This document shows positions 39,725 to 57,874 of a DNA stretch of 64,000 bases, piece after piece (positions within the stretch are counted from its first letter, which is position 1; every line of letters begins with the position of its first letter). The translations under genes were made by a program, and so were the position numbers. A model generated the notes under the pieces. It worked only from the letters and a program-made list of their open reading frames with translations. It was not told the origin of the DNA and ran no database searches. This DNA comes from the human T2T-CHM13v2.0 reference genome, Homo sapiens. The stretch is from the NCBI RefSeq assembly GCF_009914755.1, contig NC_060938.1; one strand, given 5' to 3'.

Positions 39725-42700
39725 AAAGAGAGTTTCAAAACTGTTCAATCAAAAGATACCTTCAACTCTGTGAGCTGAGTGCACTCATCACAGACAAGTT
39801 TCTCAGAGTGCTTCTGTGTAGTTTTTATATGAAGATATTTCCTTTTCCACAATAGGCCTCAAAGCACTCCAAATATTCACTTGCAGATTCTACAAAAAGT
39901 GTGTTTCAAAACTGCTGAATTAAAAGAAATCTTCACCACAATGAGTTGAACGAAAATGTTACAAAGAAGTTTCTCAGAATGCTTCTGTGTAGTTTTTATG
40001 TGAAGATATTTCCTTTTCCACCATAGGACTTAAAGCAATCCAAATATTCACTTGCAGATTTTACAAAAAGAGTGTTTCAAAATTTCTCAATCAAAAGAAA
40101 GGTTAAACTCTGTAAGATGAATGCACACTTCACAAAGAAGTTTCTCAGAATGCTTCTGTGTAGATTTTATGTGAATATATTTTCTTGTCCACCATAGGCC
40201 TCAAAGCGCTCCAAATCTCCACTTGCAGAAACTGCAAAAAGAGTGTTCCAAAAGTACTCAATCAAAAGAAAGGTTCAACACTGTGAGATGAATGCACACA
40301 TCACAAAAAAGTTTTTCAGAATGCTTCTGTGTAGGTTTCATGTGAAGATATTTCCTTTTCCAAAATAGGCTTCAAATCGCTGCAAATGTCCACTCGCAGA
40401 TCCTCCAAAAAAGTGCTTCAAAACAGCTGAATCAAAAGAAAAGTTCAACTCCGTGAGATGAATGCACACATCACAAGGAAGTTTCTCAGAATGCTTCTGT
40501 GTAGTTTTTATATGAAGATATTTCCTTGTCCAACACAGGACGCAAACGGCTTCAAATATCCACTTGCAGATTCTACAAAAATAGTGATTTAAAACTGCTC
40601 AATCAAAATACAGGGTCAACACTGTGAGATGAATTCACACGTCACAAAGAAGATTTTTCAGAATGCTTCTGTGTAGTTTTTATGTGAAGATATTTCCTTT
40701 TACACCACAAGCCAAAACGGGCTCCAAATATCCACTTGCAGATTCTACAAAGGAAAGTTTCAAAACTGCTCAATCCAAAGATAAGTTCAACTCTGTGAGT
40801 TGAATGCACACATCACAAAGAAGTTTCTCAGAATGCTTCTGTGTAGTTTTTATGTGAAGATATTTCCTTTTACACCATAGACCTCAAATCACTCCAAATA
40901 TCCACTTGCAGATACTACAAAGCCAGTGTTTCAAATCTGCTCAATCAAAATAAAGTTTCAACCCTGTGAGATGAATATACACAGCACAAAGAAGTTTATC
41001 AGAATGATTCTGTGTAGTTTTTATTTAAAGTTATTTCCTTTTCCTCAATAGGCCTCAAAGTGCTCCAAATATCCAATTGCATATACTACAAAATGAAAGT
41101 TTGAAAACTCCTCTGTCAAAAGAATTGTTCAACTACGTGACTTGAATGCGCATATCACAAAGAAGTTTCTCAGAATGCTTCTGTGTGGTTTTTAAATGAA
41201 CACATTTCCTTTTCCACCAAAGGCCTCAAAGCAGTCTGAATATCCATTTGCAGATTCTACAAAAAAAGTGTTTCCTAAGTGCTCAATAAAAATAAATGTT
41301 CAACTCTGTTAGATGAATGCTAACATCACAAAGAATTTTCTCAGAATGATTCTATGTATTTTTTTTGGAAGATATTTCCTTTTCCACCATAGGCCACAGA
41401 GTTCGCCAAATATAAACTTGCAGGTCCTACAAAAGGACAGATTCAAAAGTGGTCAATGAAAAGATAGGCTCAACTCTGTGAGATGAATGCACACATCACA
41501 ATGTAGTTTCTCAGAATGCTTCTGTGTAGTTTTTATGGGAAGATACTTCCTTTTCCACCATAGGCCGCAAAGGGCTCCAAATATCCACTTGCAGATTCTT
41601 CAAAAAGAGTTTTTCAATCTGCTCAATCAAAAGAAAGGTTCAACTCCGTGAGATGAATGCACACATCACAAAGAATTTTCTCAGAATGCTTCTGTGTAGT
41701 TTTTATGGGAAGATATTTCCTTTTCCACCATAGGCCGCAAAGGGCTCCAAATGTTCTCTTTAAGATTCTACAAAAAGAGAAATTCAAAACTGCTCAATCA
41801 AAACGTAGTTTCAACCTTGTGAGAAGAATGCACCCATCACAAAGAAGTTTCTCAGAATGCTTCTGTGTAGTTTTTACGTGAAGTTATTTCCTTTTCCACC
41901 ATAGGACACAAACGGCTTCAAATACCCACTTCCAGATTCTACGAAAAGAAAGTTTCAAAACTGCTAAATGAAAACAGGTTCAACTCTGTCAGTTGAATGC
42001 ACGCATCACAAAAGAGTCTATCAGAATGCTTCTGTGAAGTGTTTATGTGAAGATATTTCCTTTTCCACAATAGACCTCAAATATCTCCAAATATCTACTT
42101 GCTGATTCTACAAAAACAGGGTTTCAAAACTGCACAATCATAAGAAATGTTCAACTCTGTGAGATGAGTGCACAAATCACAAAGAAGTTTCTCAGAATCC
42201 TTCTGGGTAGTTTTTAATTGAAGATAATTCCTTTTCCACTGGAGGCCTCAAAGCTCTCTAAATATCTACTTGAAGATTCTACAAAATGTGTGTTTCCAAA
42301 CTGCTCAATCAAAAGAAATGTTCAACTATTTGAGATGAATGCACACATCACAGCAAAGTTTCTCAGAATGCTTCTGTGTAGGTTTTATGTGAACATATTT
42401 CCTTTTCCACCATAGGACACAATCGGCTCCACATACCCACTTCCAGATCCTACAAAAAGAGAGTTTCAAAACTGTTCAATCAAAAAATCCATTCAGTTCT
42501 CTGAGTTGAATGCAGACATCACAAAGTATTTTCTCAGAATGATTCTGTGTAGTTTTTATGTGAAGATATTTCCTTTTCTACAACAGGCTTCAGTGCACTC
42601 CAAATATCCACTTGCAGATTATACAAAAGGAGTGTTTAAAACTGCTCAAACAAAAGAAAGTTTCAACTCTGTTAGATGAATGCACACATCACAGAGAAGT

Positions 42701-45700
42701 TTCTCAGAATGCTGCTGTGTAGTTTTTATGTGAAGGTATTTCCTGTTTCACCATATGCTGCAAAGGGCTCCAAATATCAACTTGCAGTTTATACAAAAAG
42801 AGTGTTTCAAAACTTCTCAATCAAAACAAAAGTTCAACTCTGTGAGTTGAATGCACACATCACAAATAAGTTTCTCAGAATGTTTCTCTGTAGTTTCTAT
42901 CTGAAGATATTTTCTTTTCCAATATAGGCTGCAAAGGGCTCCAAACATCCAGTAGCAGATTCTACAAAAACAGTGTTTCAAAACTGCACAATCAAAAGAA
43001 AGGTTCATCTCTGTGAGATGAATGCACACTTCACAAAGAAGTTGTTCAGAGTGCTTCTGTGCAGTTTTTATGTGAAGATATTTCCTTTTCCACAACAGGC
43101 TTGAAATCCCTCCAAGTATCCACTTGCAGATTCTACAAAGAGAGTGTTTCAAAACTGCTCAATCATAAGATAGGTTCAAATCTATAAGATGAATGGACAC
43201 ATCACAAAGAAGTTTCTCAGAATGCTTCTGTGTAGTATTTATTTCAGGATATTTCCTTTTCCTCCATAGACTGCAAAGGGCTTCAAAAATCCACTTGCAG
43301 ATTCTACAAAAAGCAAAATTCAAAACTGCTCAATAAAAAGATAGGTTCAACTCTGTGAGTTGAATGTACACACCACGAAGAAGTTTCTCAGAATGCTTTT
43401 GTGTAGTTTTTATTTAAAGATATTTCCTTTTTCTCAATTGGCTGCAAAGGGCTCCAAATATCCACTTGCAGATTCTACAAAAGGAGACATTCAAAACGGC
43501 TCAAGCAAAAGATAAGTTCAATTCTGTGAGTTGAATGCACATATCACAAAGAAGTTTCTCAGAATGCTTCTGTGTAGTTTTTATTTGAAGATGTTTCCTT
43601 TGCCTCCATGCACAGCAAAGGGCTCCAAATATCCACTTGCAGATCCTAGAAAAAGAGAGATCCAAAACTGCTCAATCAAAAGATAGGTTCAAGACATTGA
43701 GTTGAATGCACACGTCACAAAGAAGTTTCTCAGAATGCTTCTGTGTAGTTTTTATGTGAGCATATTTCCTTTTCCAAAATAGGCCTCAAAGCCCAACAAA
43801 TATCCACTTGCAGATTCTACAAAAACAGTATTTCAAAACTGCTCAATCAAAAGACAGATTAGACTCTGTGAGTTGAATGCACACATCACAAAGAACTTTC
43901 TCAGAAGGCTTTTGTGTAGTTTTTATGTGAACATATTTCCTTTTCCACAATATGCCTCAAATCGTTCCATGGATCCACTTGCAGATTATTCTAAGAGAGT
44001 GTTTGAAAACTGCTAAACCATAATATAGGTTCAACTCTGTGAGATGAATTCACACATCACAATGAAGTTTCTCAGAATGATTCTGTGTAGTTTCTATGGG
44101 AAGATATTTCCTTGACCACCATAAGAAACAAAGGGCTCCAAATATCCACTTGCAGATTCTACAAAAAGAGTGTTTCTAAGCTGCTCAATCAAAAGAAAGT
44201 TTCAACTCTGGGAGATGAAGGCCCACATCACCAGGAAGTTTCTCAGAATGCTTCTGTGTAGTTTTTACGTGAAGATATTTCCTTTTACACCATATGCCTC
44301 AAAGTGCTCCAAATATCCACTTGCAGATTCTACAAAAATAGTGTTTCCAAACTTCTCAATAATAACATAGGTTCAACTCTGTGATATTAAGGCACACATC
44401 ACATAGAAGTTTCTCAGAATGCTTCCGTGAGTTTTTATTTGAAGATATTTCCTTTTCCACTGTATGCTGCAAAGGGCACCAAATATCCACTTGCAGATAA
44501 TAAAAAAAGTGAGATTCAAAACCGTTCAATCAAAAGATAGGTTCAACTCTGAGAGTTGAATGCACAGATCACAAAGATGTTTCTCAGAATGCTCCTGTGT
44601 AGTTTTTATGTGAAGGTATTTCCTTTTCCAAAGTAGACCTCAAAGCCCTCCAAATATCCACTTGCAGATTCTGCAAAAATAGTGTTTCCAAACTTCTCAA
44701 TAATAACATAGGTTCAACTCTGTGATATTAAGGCACACATCACATAGAAGTTTCTCAGAATGCTTCTGTGAGTTTTTATTTGAAGATATTTCCTTTTCCA
44801 CTGTACGCCGCAAAGGGCACCAAATATCCACTTGCAGATAATAAAAAAAGTGAGATTCAAAACCGTTCAATCAAAAGATAGGTTCAACTCTGAGAGTTGA
44901 ATGCACAGATCACAAAGATGTTTCTCAGAATGCTCCTGTGTAGTTTTTATGTGAAGGTATTTCCTTTTCCAAAGTAGACCTCAAAGCCCTCCAAATATCC
45001 ACTTGCAGATTCTACAAAAAGAGTGTTTTAAAACTGCTCAGTCAAAAGAAAGGTTCAACTCTGTGTGATGAATGCACTCATCACATATTAGTTTCTCAGA
45101 ATGTTTCAGAGTAGTTTTTATGTGAAATTATTTCCTTTTCCACAATAGGCCTCAAAGCGCTCCAAATATCCACTTTCAGATCCACAAAAACAGTGTTTTA
45201 AAACTGCTAAATCAAAAGAAATTTCAACTCTGTGAGATGAATGCACACATCACAAAGAAATTTCTCAGAATGCCTCTGTGTAGTTTTTATGTGAAGATAT
45301 TTGCTTTTCCACAGTAGGCCTCAAAGCGCTCCAAGTATCCACTTGCAGATTCTACAAAAACAGTGCTTCAAAACTGCTCAATCAAAAGAAAGGTTCAACT
45401 CTGTGAGATGAATGTACACAGCACAAAGTAGTTTCTCAGAATCCTTCTGTGTAGTTTTTATGTGAAGATATTTCCTTTTCCACAATAGGACCCACAGCAC
45501 TCCAAGTATCCACTTTCAGATTCTACAAAGAGAGTGTTTCAAAACTGCTCAATCATAAGATAATTTCAAGTCTGTGGGATGAATGCACACACCACGAAGA
45601 AGTTTCTCAGAATGGTTCTGTGTAGTATTTATTTGAAGACATTTCCTTTTCCGCCATATGCTGCAAAGGACTACAAATATCTTCTTTCAGTTTCTACAAA

Positions 45701-48700
45701 AAGAGAGATTCAAAGCTGCTCTTTGAAAAGATAGGTTCAACTCTGTGAGATGAATGTTCTCATGACAAAGATGTTTCTCAGAATGATTCTGTGTAGTTTT
45801 TATGTGAAGATATTTCATTTTCCACTATAGGCCTCAAAATGCTCAAAATATCCACTTGCAGATTCTACAGAAAGAGTGTTTCAAAACTGCCCAATCAAAA
45901 GAATGTTTCAACTGTGTGAGATGAACGCACACATCAAAAAATTTTCTCAGAATGCTTCTGTGTAGTTTTTAAGTAAAGATAATTGCTTTTCCAAAGTAGG
46001 CCTCAAAGCGCTCCAAATATCCACTTGCAGATTCTACAAAAAGAGTGTTTCAAAACTCCTCAATCAAAAGAAAGTTTCAACTGTGAGAGATGAATGCACA
46101 CATCACAAAGAAGTTTCTCAGAATGCTTCTGTCTAGTTTTTATTTGAAGATATTTCCTTTTCCCCAATAACACTCAAAGTGCTCCAAGTATCCACTTTCA
46201 GATTCTACAAAGAGAGTGTTTCAAAACTGCTCAATCATAAGATAAGTTCACCTCTGTGATTTGAATGCACACATCATCAAGATGTTTCTCAGAGTGCTTC
46301 TGTGTAGTTTTTATTTGAAGATATTTCCTTTGCCGCCAAGGACCGCAAAGGGCTCCAAATATCCACTTGCAGATTTTAGAAAAAGAGAGATCCAAAACTG
46401 CTCAATCAAGAGATAGGTTCAAGGCTGTGAGTTGAATACACACATCACAAAGAAGTTTCTCAGAATGCTTCTGTGTAGTTTTTATGTGAAGGTATTTCTC
46501 CTTCCACCATAAGCCACAAAGGTCTCCAAATATCCACTTGCAGATTCTACAAACGAGTGCTTCAAAGCTGCTCAATCAAAAGAAAGTTTTATCTCTGGGA
46601 GATGAATGCATATATCACAAGGAAGTTTCTCAGAAAGCTTCTGTGTAGTATTTATGTGAAGATATTTCCTTTCCAAAAAGCATCAAAGCCCACCAAATAT
46701 CCACTTGCTGATTCTACAAAAAGAGTGTCTGAAATCTGCTCAGTGAAAAGACAGGTTCAACTCTGTGAGATGAATGCACACATCACCTAGAAGTTTCTGA
46801 GAATGCTTCTGTGTAGTTTTTATTTGAAGATATTTTATTTTCCTCCATAGACCACAAAGGGCTCAAAATAGCCACTTGCAGATTCTACAAAAAGAGTGTT
46901 TCAAAACTGCTCAATGATAAGATAGGTTCAACCCTGTGAGATGAATGCACACATCACAAAGAAGTTTCTCAGATGCTTCTGTGTAGTTTTTATTTGAAGA
47001 TATTTTCTTTTGCACCATAGGCCACAAACGGATCCATATGTCCACTTGCAGATAATAAAAAAAGTGAAATTTAAAACTGTTCAATCAAAAGATAGGTTCA
47101 GCTCTGGAGTTGAATGCACACATCACAAAGAAGTTTCTCAGAATGCTTCCGTGTGGTTTTTATGTGAAGATACTTCCTTTTCCAAAATAGGCCTAAAATC
47201 CCTCCAAATATCCACTTGCAGGTTCCACAAAAAGAGTGTTTCAAAACTGCTCAATCAAAAGAAAATTTCAAATCTGTGTGATGAATGCACTCATCACAAA
47301 TTAGTTTCTCAGAATATTTCAGAGTAGTTTTTATGTGAAATTATTTCCTTCTCCACAATAGGTCTCAAAGTGCTCCAAATATCCTCCTGCAGATTCTACA
47401 AAAACAGTGTTTCAAAACTCCTCAATCAAAAGAAAGTTTCAACACTGTGAGATGAGTGCACACGTCACAAAGAAGTTTCTCAGAATGCCTCTGTGTTTTT
47501 TATGTGAAGATATTTGTTTTTCCACAGTAGGGCTCAAAGGGCTCCAAATATCCACTTGCAGATTCTACAAATACTGTATTTAGAAACTGCTCAATCTTAA
47601 GAAAGGTTCAACTCTGTCAAATGAATGCACACATCACAAAGTAGTTTCTCAGAATCCTTCTGTGTAGTTTTTATGTAAAGATATTTCGTTTTCCACATTA
47701 GGACCCAGAGTGCCCCAAGTAACCACTTTCAGATTCTACAAAGAGAGTGTTTCAAAACTGCTCAATCATAAGATAGTTTCAAGTCTGTGGGATGAATGCA
47801 CACATCACAAAGTAGTTTCTCAGAATGCTTCTGTGTAGTATTTATTTGAAGATATTTCCTTTTCCTCCATAGACCACAAGGTATTCAAATATCCTTTTGC
47901 AGATTATACAAAAAGAGCGATTCAAAACTGTTCTTTCAAAAGATAGGTTCAACTCTGTGTGTTGAATGCTCACATGACAAAGAAGTTTCTCAGAATGCTT
48001 CTGTGTAGTTTTATGTGAAGATATTTCCTTTTCCACTATAGTCCTCAAAGTGCTCAAAATATCCACTTGAAGATTAACAGAAAGAGTGTTTCAAATCTGC
48101 TCAATCAAAAGGAAGGTTCAACTCTGTGAGATAAATGCACACATCACAAAGGAGTTACTCAGAATGCCTCTGCGTAGTTTTTATGTGAAAATATTTACTT
48201 TTCCACAGTAGGCATCAAAGCGCTCAAAATATCCTCTTGCAGATTTTTCAAATACTGTGTTTCAAAACTGCTCTACCAAAAGAAAGGTTCAACACTGTGA
48301 GATGAATGCACACATCACAAAGAACATTCTCAGAAGCCTTCCGTGTAGTTTTTATTTCAAGATATTTCCTTTTCCACAGTAGGTTGAAAAAGGCTCCAAA
48401 TATCTACCTGCAGATTCTACAAAAAGAGAGATTCAAAACTACTGAATCAAAAGATAGGTTAAACTCTGTGTTATGAATGCACTCATCACAAACTAGTTTC
48501 TCACAATGATTCTGTGTAGTTTTTATATGAAGATAGTTCCTTTTATTCAACAGGCCTCAAAGCGCTCCAAATATCCACTTGCAGTTTCTACAGAAAGAAT
48601 GTCTCAAAACTGCTCAATCATAAGATAGGTTCAACTCTGTGAGAAGAATGCACACACCACAAGGAATTTTCTCAGACTGCTTCTGTATAGTTTTTATGTG

Positions 48701-51700
48701 AAGATACTTACTTTTACACCATAGGCTTCAAGACTCTCCAAATATCCACTTGCAGATTCTACAAAAAGAGTGATGCCAAACTGCTCAAACAAAAGAAATG
48801 TCCAACACTGTCAGATAAATGTACATATCACAAAGAACTTCCTCAGAATGCTTCTGTGTAATTTTTCTGTGAAGATATTTCCTTTTCCACAATAGGCCCC
48901 AAAGCGCTCCAAATATCCACTTGCAGATTCTACAAAAAGAATGTGAAAACTGCTGAATCGACAGAAAGGTTCAACTCTGTGAGATGAATGCATACATCAC
49001 AAAGAAGTTTCTCAGAATGTTTTCATGTAGTTTTTTTGTGAAGATATTTCCTTTTCCACAATAGGCACCAAAGTACTCCAGATATCCAATTTCAGATTCT
49101 ACCAACAGAGAGTTTCAAAACTGCTCAATCAAAAGATAGGTTCAAGTGTGTGAGATGAATGCACACAACAACAAGAAGTTTCTCAGAATGCTTCTGTGTA
49201 GTTTTTATGTGAAGATACTTCCTTTTCCACTATAGGCTGCAAAGGGCTCCAAATATCCACTTGCAGCTTCTACAAAAAGAGAGATTCAAAACTGATCAAT
49301 CAAAGGTAGCTTCAACTCTGTGAGTTGAATGCACACATCACAAAGAAGTTTCTCAGAATGCTTCTGTGTAGTTTTTATGTGAAGATATTTCCTTTTGCAC
49401 CATATGCCACAAAGGCCTCCAAATACCAATTCCAGATTATTCAAAAGGTGAGTTTCAAAGCTGCTCAATGAAAAGATAGGTTCAACCCCGTGAGATGAAT
49501 GCACACATCACAAAAAGTTTCTCAGAATGCTTCTGTGTAGTTTTTATGTGATGATATTTCTTTTTCCACCATAGGCCGCAAAGGGCTCCAAATATCCACT
49601 TGCAGATTCCACAGAAAGAGAGATTCAAAATACTCAATCAAAAGATAGATTCAACCCTCTGAGTTGAATGCACAGATCACAGAGAAATTTCTCAGAATGC
49701 TTCTGGGTATTTTTTATGTGAAGATATTTCCTTTTCCACCAGAGGCCTCAAAGTGCTACAAATAGCAATTTGCACATTCTGCAAAAAGAGTGTTTCCAAA
49801 CTGCGCAATCAAAAGAAACGTTCAACACTCTGAGAGGAATGCACACATCACAAAGAAGTTTCTCAAAATTCTTCTGTGTAGTTTTTTTTGTGAAGATATT
49901 TCCTTTTCCATTTTAGGCCGCATAGGGCTACCAATATCCACTTGCGGATTATTGAAAAAGACAGTTTCAAAACCGCTCTATCAAAAAATAGGTTCAAATC
50001 TGTGAGTAGAATGAATACATCACAAAGAAGTTTCTCAGAATGCTTCTGTGTACTTTTTATGAGAAGATATTTCCTTTTCTACCATAGCCACAAAACGCTC
50101 CAAATATACACTTGCAGATTGAAACTGCTCAATCAAAACAGAGGTGCAAATCTGTGAGATGAATGCTCACATTACAAAGAGTTTCTCAGAATGCTTCTGT
50201 GTACTTTTTATGTGAAGATATTACCTTTTCCACCATAGGCCACAAGGGTTTCCTAATATCCACTTGCAGATTCTACAAAAAGAGAGTTTCAAAACTGGTC
50301 AACCAAAAGATAAGTTCAACCCTGTGAGTTGAATGCACACACCACAAAGAAGTTTCTCATAATAGTTTTGTGTAGTTTTTATGTGAAGATATTTCCTTTT
50401 CCACCGTAGGCCTCAAAGTGCTCCAAATATTAAATTGCAGATTCTACAAAAAGAGAGTCCAAACTCTTCAAACTAAAGAGAGGTTCAACTCTGTCAGATG
50501 AATGCACACATCACAAAGAAGTTACTCAGAATGTTTCTGTGTAGTTTTTATGTGAAGATATTTCCTTTTTCACAATAGGCCTTAAAGCACTCCAAATATC
50601 CACTTGAAGATTCTACAAAAAGAGTGTTTCCAAACTGCTCAATCAAAAGAAAGGTTCAACTCTGTGAGATAAATGCACACGTCACAAAGAAGTGTCTCAG
50701 AATGTTTCTGTGTAGTTTTAAAGTGAAGATATTTCCTTTTACACCATAGGCCGCAAATGGCTCCAAATATCCACTTGCAGGTTCTACAAAATAGAGTTTC
50801 AAAACTTCTTAATCAAACGATAGGTTCAACTCTGGGAGGTGGATCCACAAGTCACAAAGAAGTTTCTCAGAATGCCTCTGTTTATTTTTCATGTGATGAC
50901 ATTTCCTTTACCACCATAGGGCTCAAAACCCTCCAAATATCCACCTGCAGATTCTACAAAAAGAGTGTTTCCAAACTGCACAATCAAAAGAAAAGTTCAA
51001 CTCTGTGAGATGAATGAGCACATCACAAAGTAGTTTCTCAGGATGCTTCTGCATAGTTTTTATGTGAGGATATTTCCTTTTACACCATAAGCTGCAAAGG
51101 GCTCCAAATATCCATTTTCAGATTCTATAAAAAGAGAGTTTCAAAACTGCTGTATCAAAAGATAGGTTCAACTCTGTGAGTTGAATACACACATAACAAA
51201 GAAGTCTCTTAGAATGCTTCAGTGAAGTTTTTATGTGAAGATATTTTCTTTTCCACAATAGACCACATAGTGCTCCAAATATCCATTTGCAGATTCTACA
51301 AAAACAGTGTTTCCAAGCTGCACAATCAAAAGAAATATTCAACTCTGTGAGTTGAATGCACACATCACAAAGAAGTTTCTCATAATGCTTCTGTGTAGTT
51401 TTTATGTGAGGATATTCCCTTTTCCACAGTAGGCCTCAAAGCACTCCAAATATCCCCTTGCAGATTCTACAAAAGAGAGTTTCAAAACTGGTCAATCAAA
51501 AGTTAGGTTTAGCTCTGTGAGTTGAATGCACACATCATAAAGAAGTTTCACAGAATGCTTTTGTGTAGTTTTCATGTAAAGATATTTCCATTTCTGCCAT
51601 AGGCCTCAAATCTCTCCAAATATTCACTTGCAGATTCTATAAAAAGAGTTTCCATACTGCCCAAACAAAATAAATTTTGAAGTCTTTCAGATGAATTCGC

Positions 51701-52746
51701 AGATCACAAAGTAGTTTCTCAGAATGATTCTGAGTAGTTTTTATTTGAAGATATTAACTTTTCCACAATAGGCCTCAAAGCCCTCCAAATATCCACTTGA
51801 ACATTCTACAAAAAGTGTATTTCATAACTGCTCAATCAAAAGAAAGGTTCTACTCTGTGAGATGAATGTACACATCACAAAGAAGTTTCTCAGAATGCTT
51901 CTGTGTAGTTTTTATCTGAAGATATTTCCTTTTCCAACATAGGCCACAATGGGCTCAAAATATCCCATTGCAGATTGAACAAAAAGGCAGTTTCAAAGCT
52001 GCTCAATCCACAGATATGTTCAAATCTGTGAGTTGAATGCACACATCACAAAGAAGTTTCTCAGAATCCTTCTTTGTAGTTTTTCCACCATAGACCTCAA
52101 AGCACTCCAAATATCCACTTTCACATTCCACAAAAAGAGCGTTTCAAAACTGCTTAATCAAAAGTAAGGTTCAACTCTGTGAGATGGATTCACACTTCAC
52201 AAAGCAGTGTTTCAGAATGATTCTGTGTAGTGTTTATCTGAAGATATTTCCTTTTCCACCATAAGCCTCAAACGGCTCCAAATATCCACTGGCAGATTCT
52301 ACAAAAAGAGTGTCTCCAAACTGCTCAAACAAAAGAAAGTTTCAACTTTGTAAGATGAATGCACACATCACAAAGAAACTTCTCAGAATGCTTCTGTGTA
52401 GTTTTTATGTAAAGATATTTCCTTTTCCACAATAGTCCCCAAAGCGTTCCAAATATCCACTTGCACATTCTACAAAAAAAGTTTCTAAACTGGTCAATCA
52501 AAAGAAAGGTTGAAGTCTGTGAGATGAATGCACCCTTCACAAAGAAGTTTCTCAGAATGCTTCTGTGTAGTTTTTTTGTGAAGATATTTCCTTTTACACT
52601 GTAGGCCGCAAAGGGCTCCATATATCCACTTCCAGGTTCTACAAAAAGATATTTTCAAACCCGTTCAATCCAAAGATATGTTCAACTGCGAGAGTTCAGT
52701 GTACACATTGCAAGGAAGTTTCTCAGAGTACTGCTGTATAGTTTTT
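39725..52746 (-). repeat. Monomeric alpha satellite, reverse orientation (CTGTGTAG / AAGATAGG type monomers)
   Basis: 171-bp units with AATGCTTCTGTGTAGTTTTTATGTGAAGATATTTCCTTTTCCAC and AAATATCCACTTGCAG. Confidence 0.97.
44307..45020 (-). repeat. Near-perfect 341-bp (2-monomer) tandem duplication
   Basis: AATAACATAGGTTCAACTCTGTGATATTAAGGCAC at 44361 and 44702; about four substitutions between copies by eye. Confidence 0.93.
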
Positions 52747-52977
52747 GTTTTAATTTATTTTATTTTATTATTATGATACTTTAAGTTTTAGGGTACATGT
52801 GCACATTGTGCAGGTTTGTTACATATGTGTACGTGTGCCATGTTGGTGTGCTGAGCCCATTGACTCGTCATTTAGCATTAGGTATATCTCCTAATGCTAT
52901 CCCTCCCCCCTCCCCCTACCCCACATCCGTCCCCAGAGTGTGATGTTCCCCTTCCTGTGTCCATGTGTTCTCATTGC

Positions 52978-56794
<3,817 letters not shown>

Positions 56795-56857
56795 TATGAT
56801 GTTAGCTGGTTATTTTGCTTGTTAGTTGGTGCAGGTTCTTCCTAGTCATGATGGTCT

Positions 56858-57874
56858 TTACATTTTGGCATGATTTTGCCGTGGCTGGTATCGGTTGTTC
56901 CTCTCCATATTTAGTGCTTCCTTCAGGAGCTCTCTTAGGGCAGGCCTGGTGGTGACAAAATCTCTCAGCATTTGCTTGTCTGTAAAGTATTTTATTTTTC
57001 CTTTGCTTATGAAGCTTAGTTTGTCTGGATATGAAATTCTGGGTTGAAAATTCTTTTCTTTAAGAAAGTTGAATATTGGCCCCCACTCTCTTCTGGCTTA
57101 TTGAGTTTCTGCTGAGGGATCTGCTCTTAGTCTAATGGGCTTCCCTTTGAGGGTAACCCGACCTTTCTCTTTGGCTGCCCTTAACATTTTTTCCTTCATT
57201 TCAACTTTGGTGAATCTGACAATTATGTGTCTTGGAGTTGCTCTTCTCGAGGAGTATCTTTGTGGCATTCTCTGTATTTTCTGAATCTGAATGTTGGCCT
57301 GCCTTGCTAGATTGGGGAAGTTCTCCTGGATAATATCCTGCGGAGTATTTTCCAACTTGGTTCCATTCTCCCCATCCCTTTCAGGTACACCAATCAGACA
57401 TAGATTTGGTCTTTTCACATAGTCCCATATTTCTTGGAGGCTTTGTTCATTTCTTTTTATTCTTTTTTCTCTAAATTTCCTTTCTTGCTTCATTTCATCC
57501 ACTTCATCTTCCATTGCTGATACCCTTTCTTCCAGTTGATCACATCAGCTCCTAAGCCTTCTGCATTCTTCATGTACTTCTCGAGCCTTGGCTTTCAGCT
57601 CCATCAGCTCCTTTAAGCACTTCTCTGTGTTGATTATTCTAGTTATACAACCTTCTAAATTTTTTTCAACGTTTTCAACTTCTTTGTCTTTGGTTTGAAT
57701 GTCCTCCTGTAGCTCAGAGTAATTTAATCATCTGAAGCCTTCTTCTCTCAGCTAGTCAAAGTCATTCTCCATCCAGCTTTGTTCCATTGCTGGTGAGGAA
57801 CTGCATTCCTTTGGAGGAGGAGAGGCGCTCTGCTTTTTAGAGTTTCCAGTTTTTCTGCTCTGTTTTTTCCCCAT
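56858..57874 (-). pseudogene. L1 ORF1 (RNA-binding protein), premature stops
   Basis: MGKKQSRKTGNSKKQSASPPPKE from 57874 with a stop after ENDFD; EQSLQEIWDYVKRPNL and RATPRHIIVRF fragments; 1017-bp span to terminal TAA. Confidence 0.95.

Noticed and set aside
50101-52100. Short monomers (about 19-bp loss at ~50120 and 21-bp loss at ~52081)
   Set aside because: Ordinary small deletions in decaying satellite.
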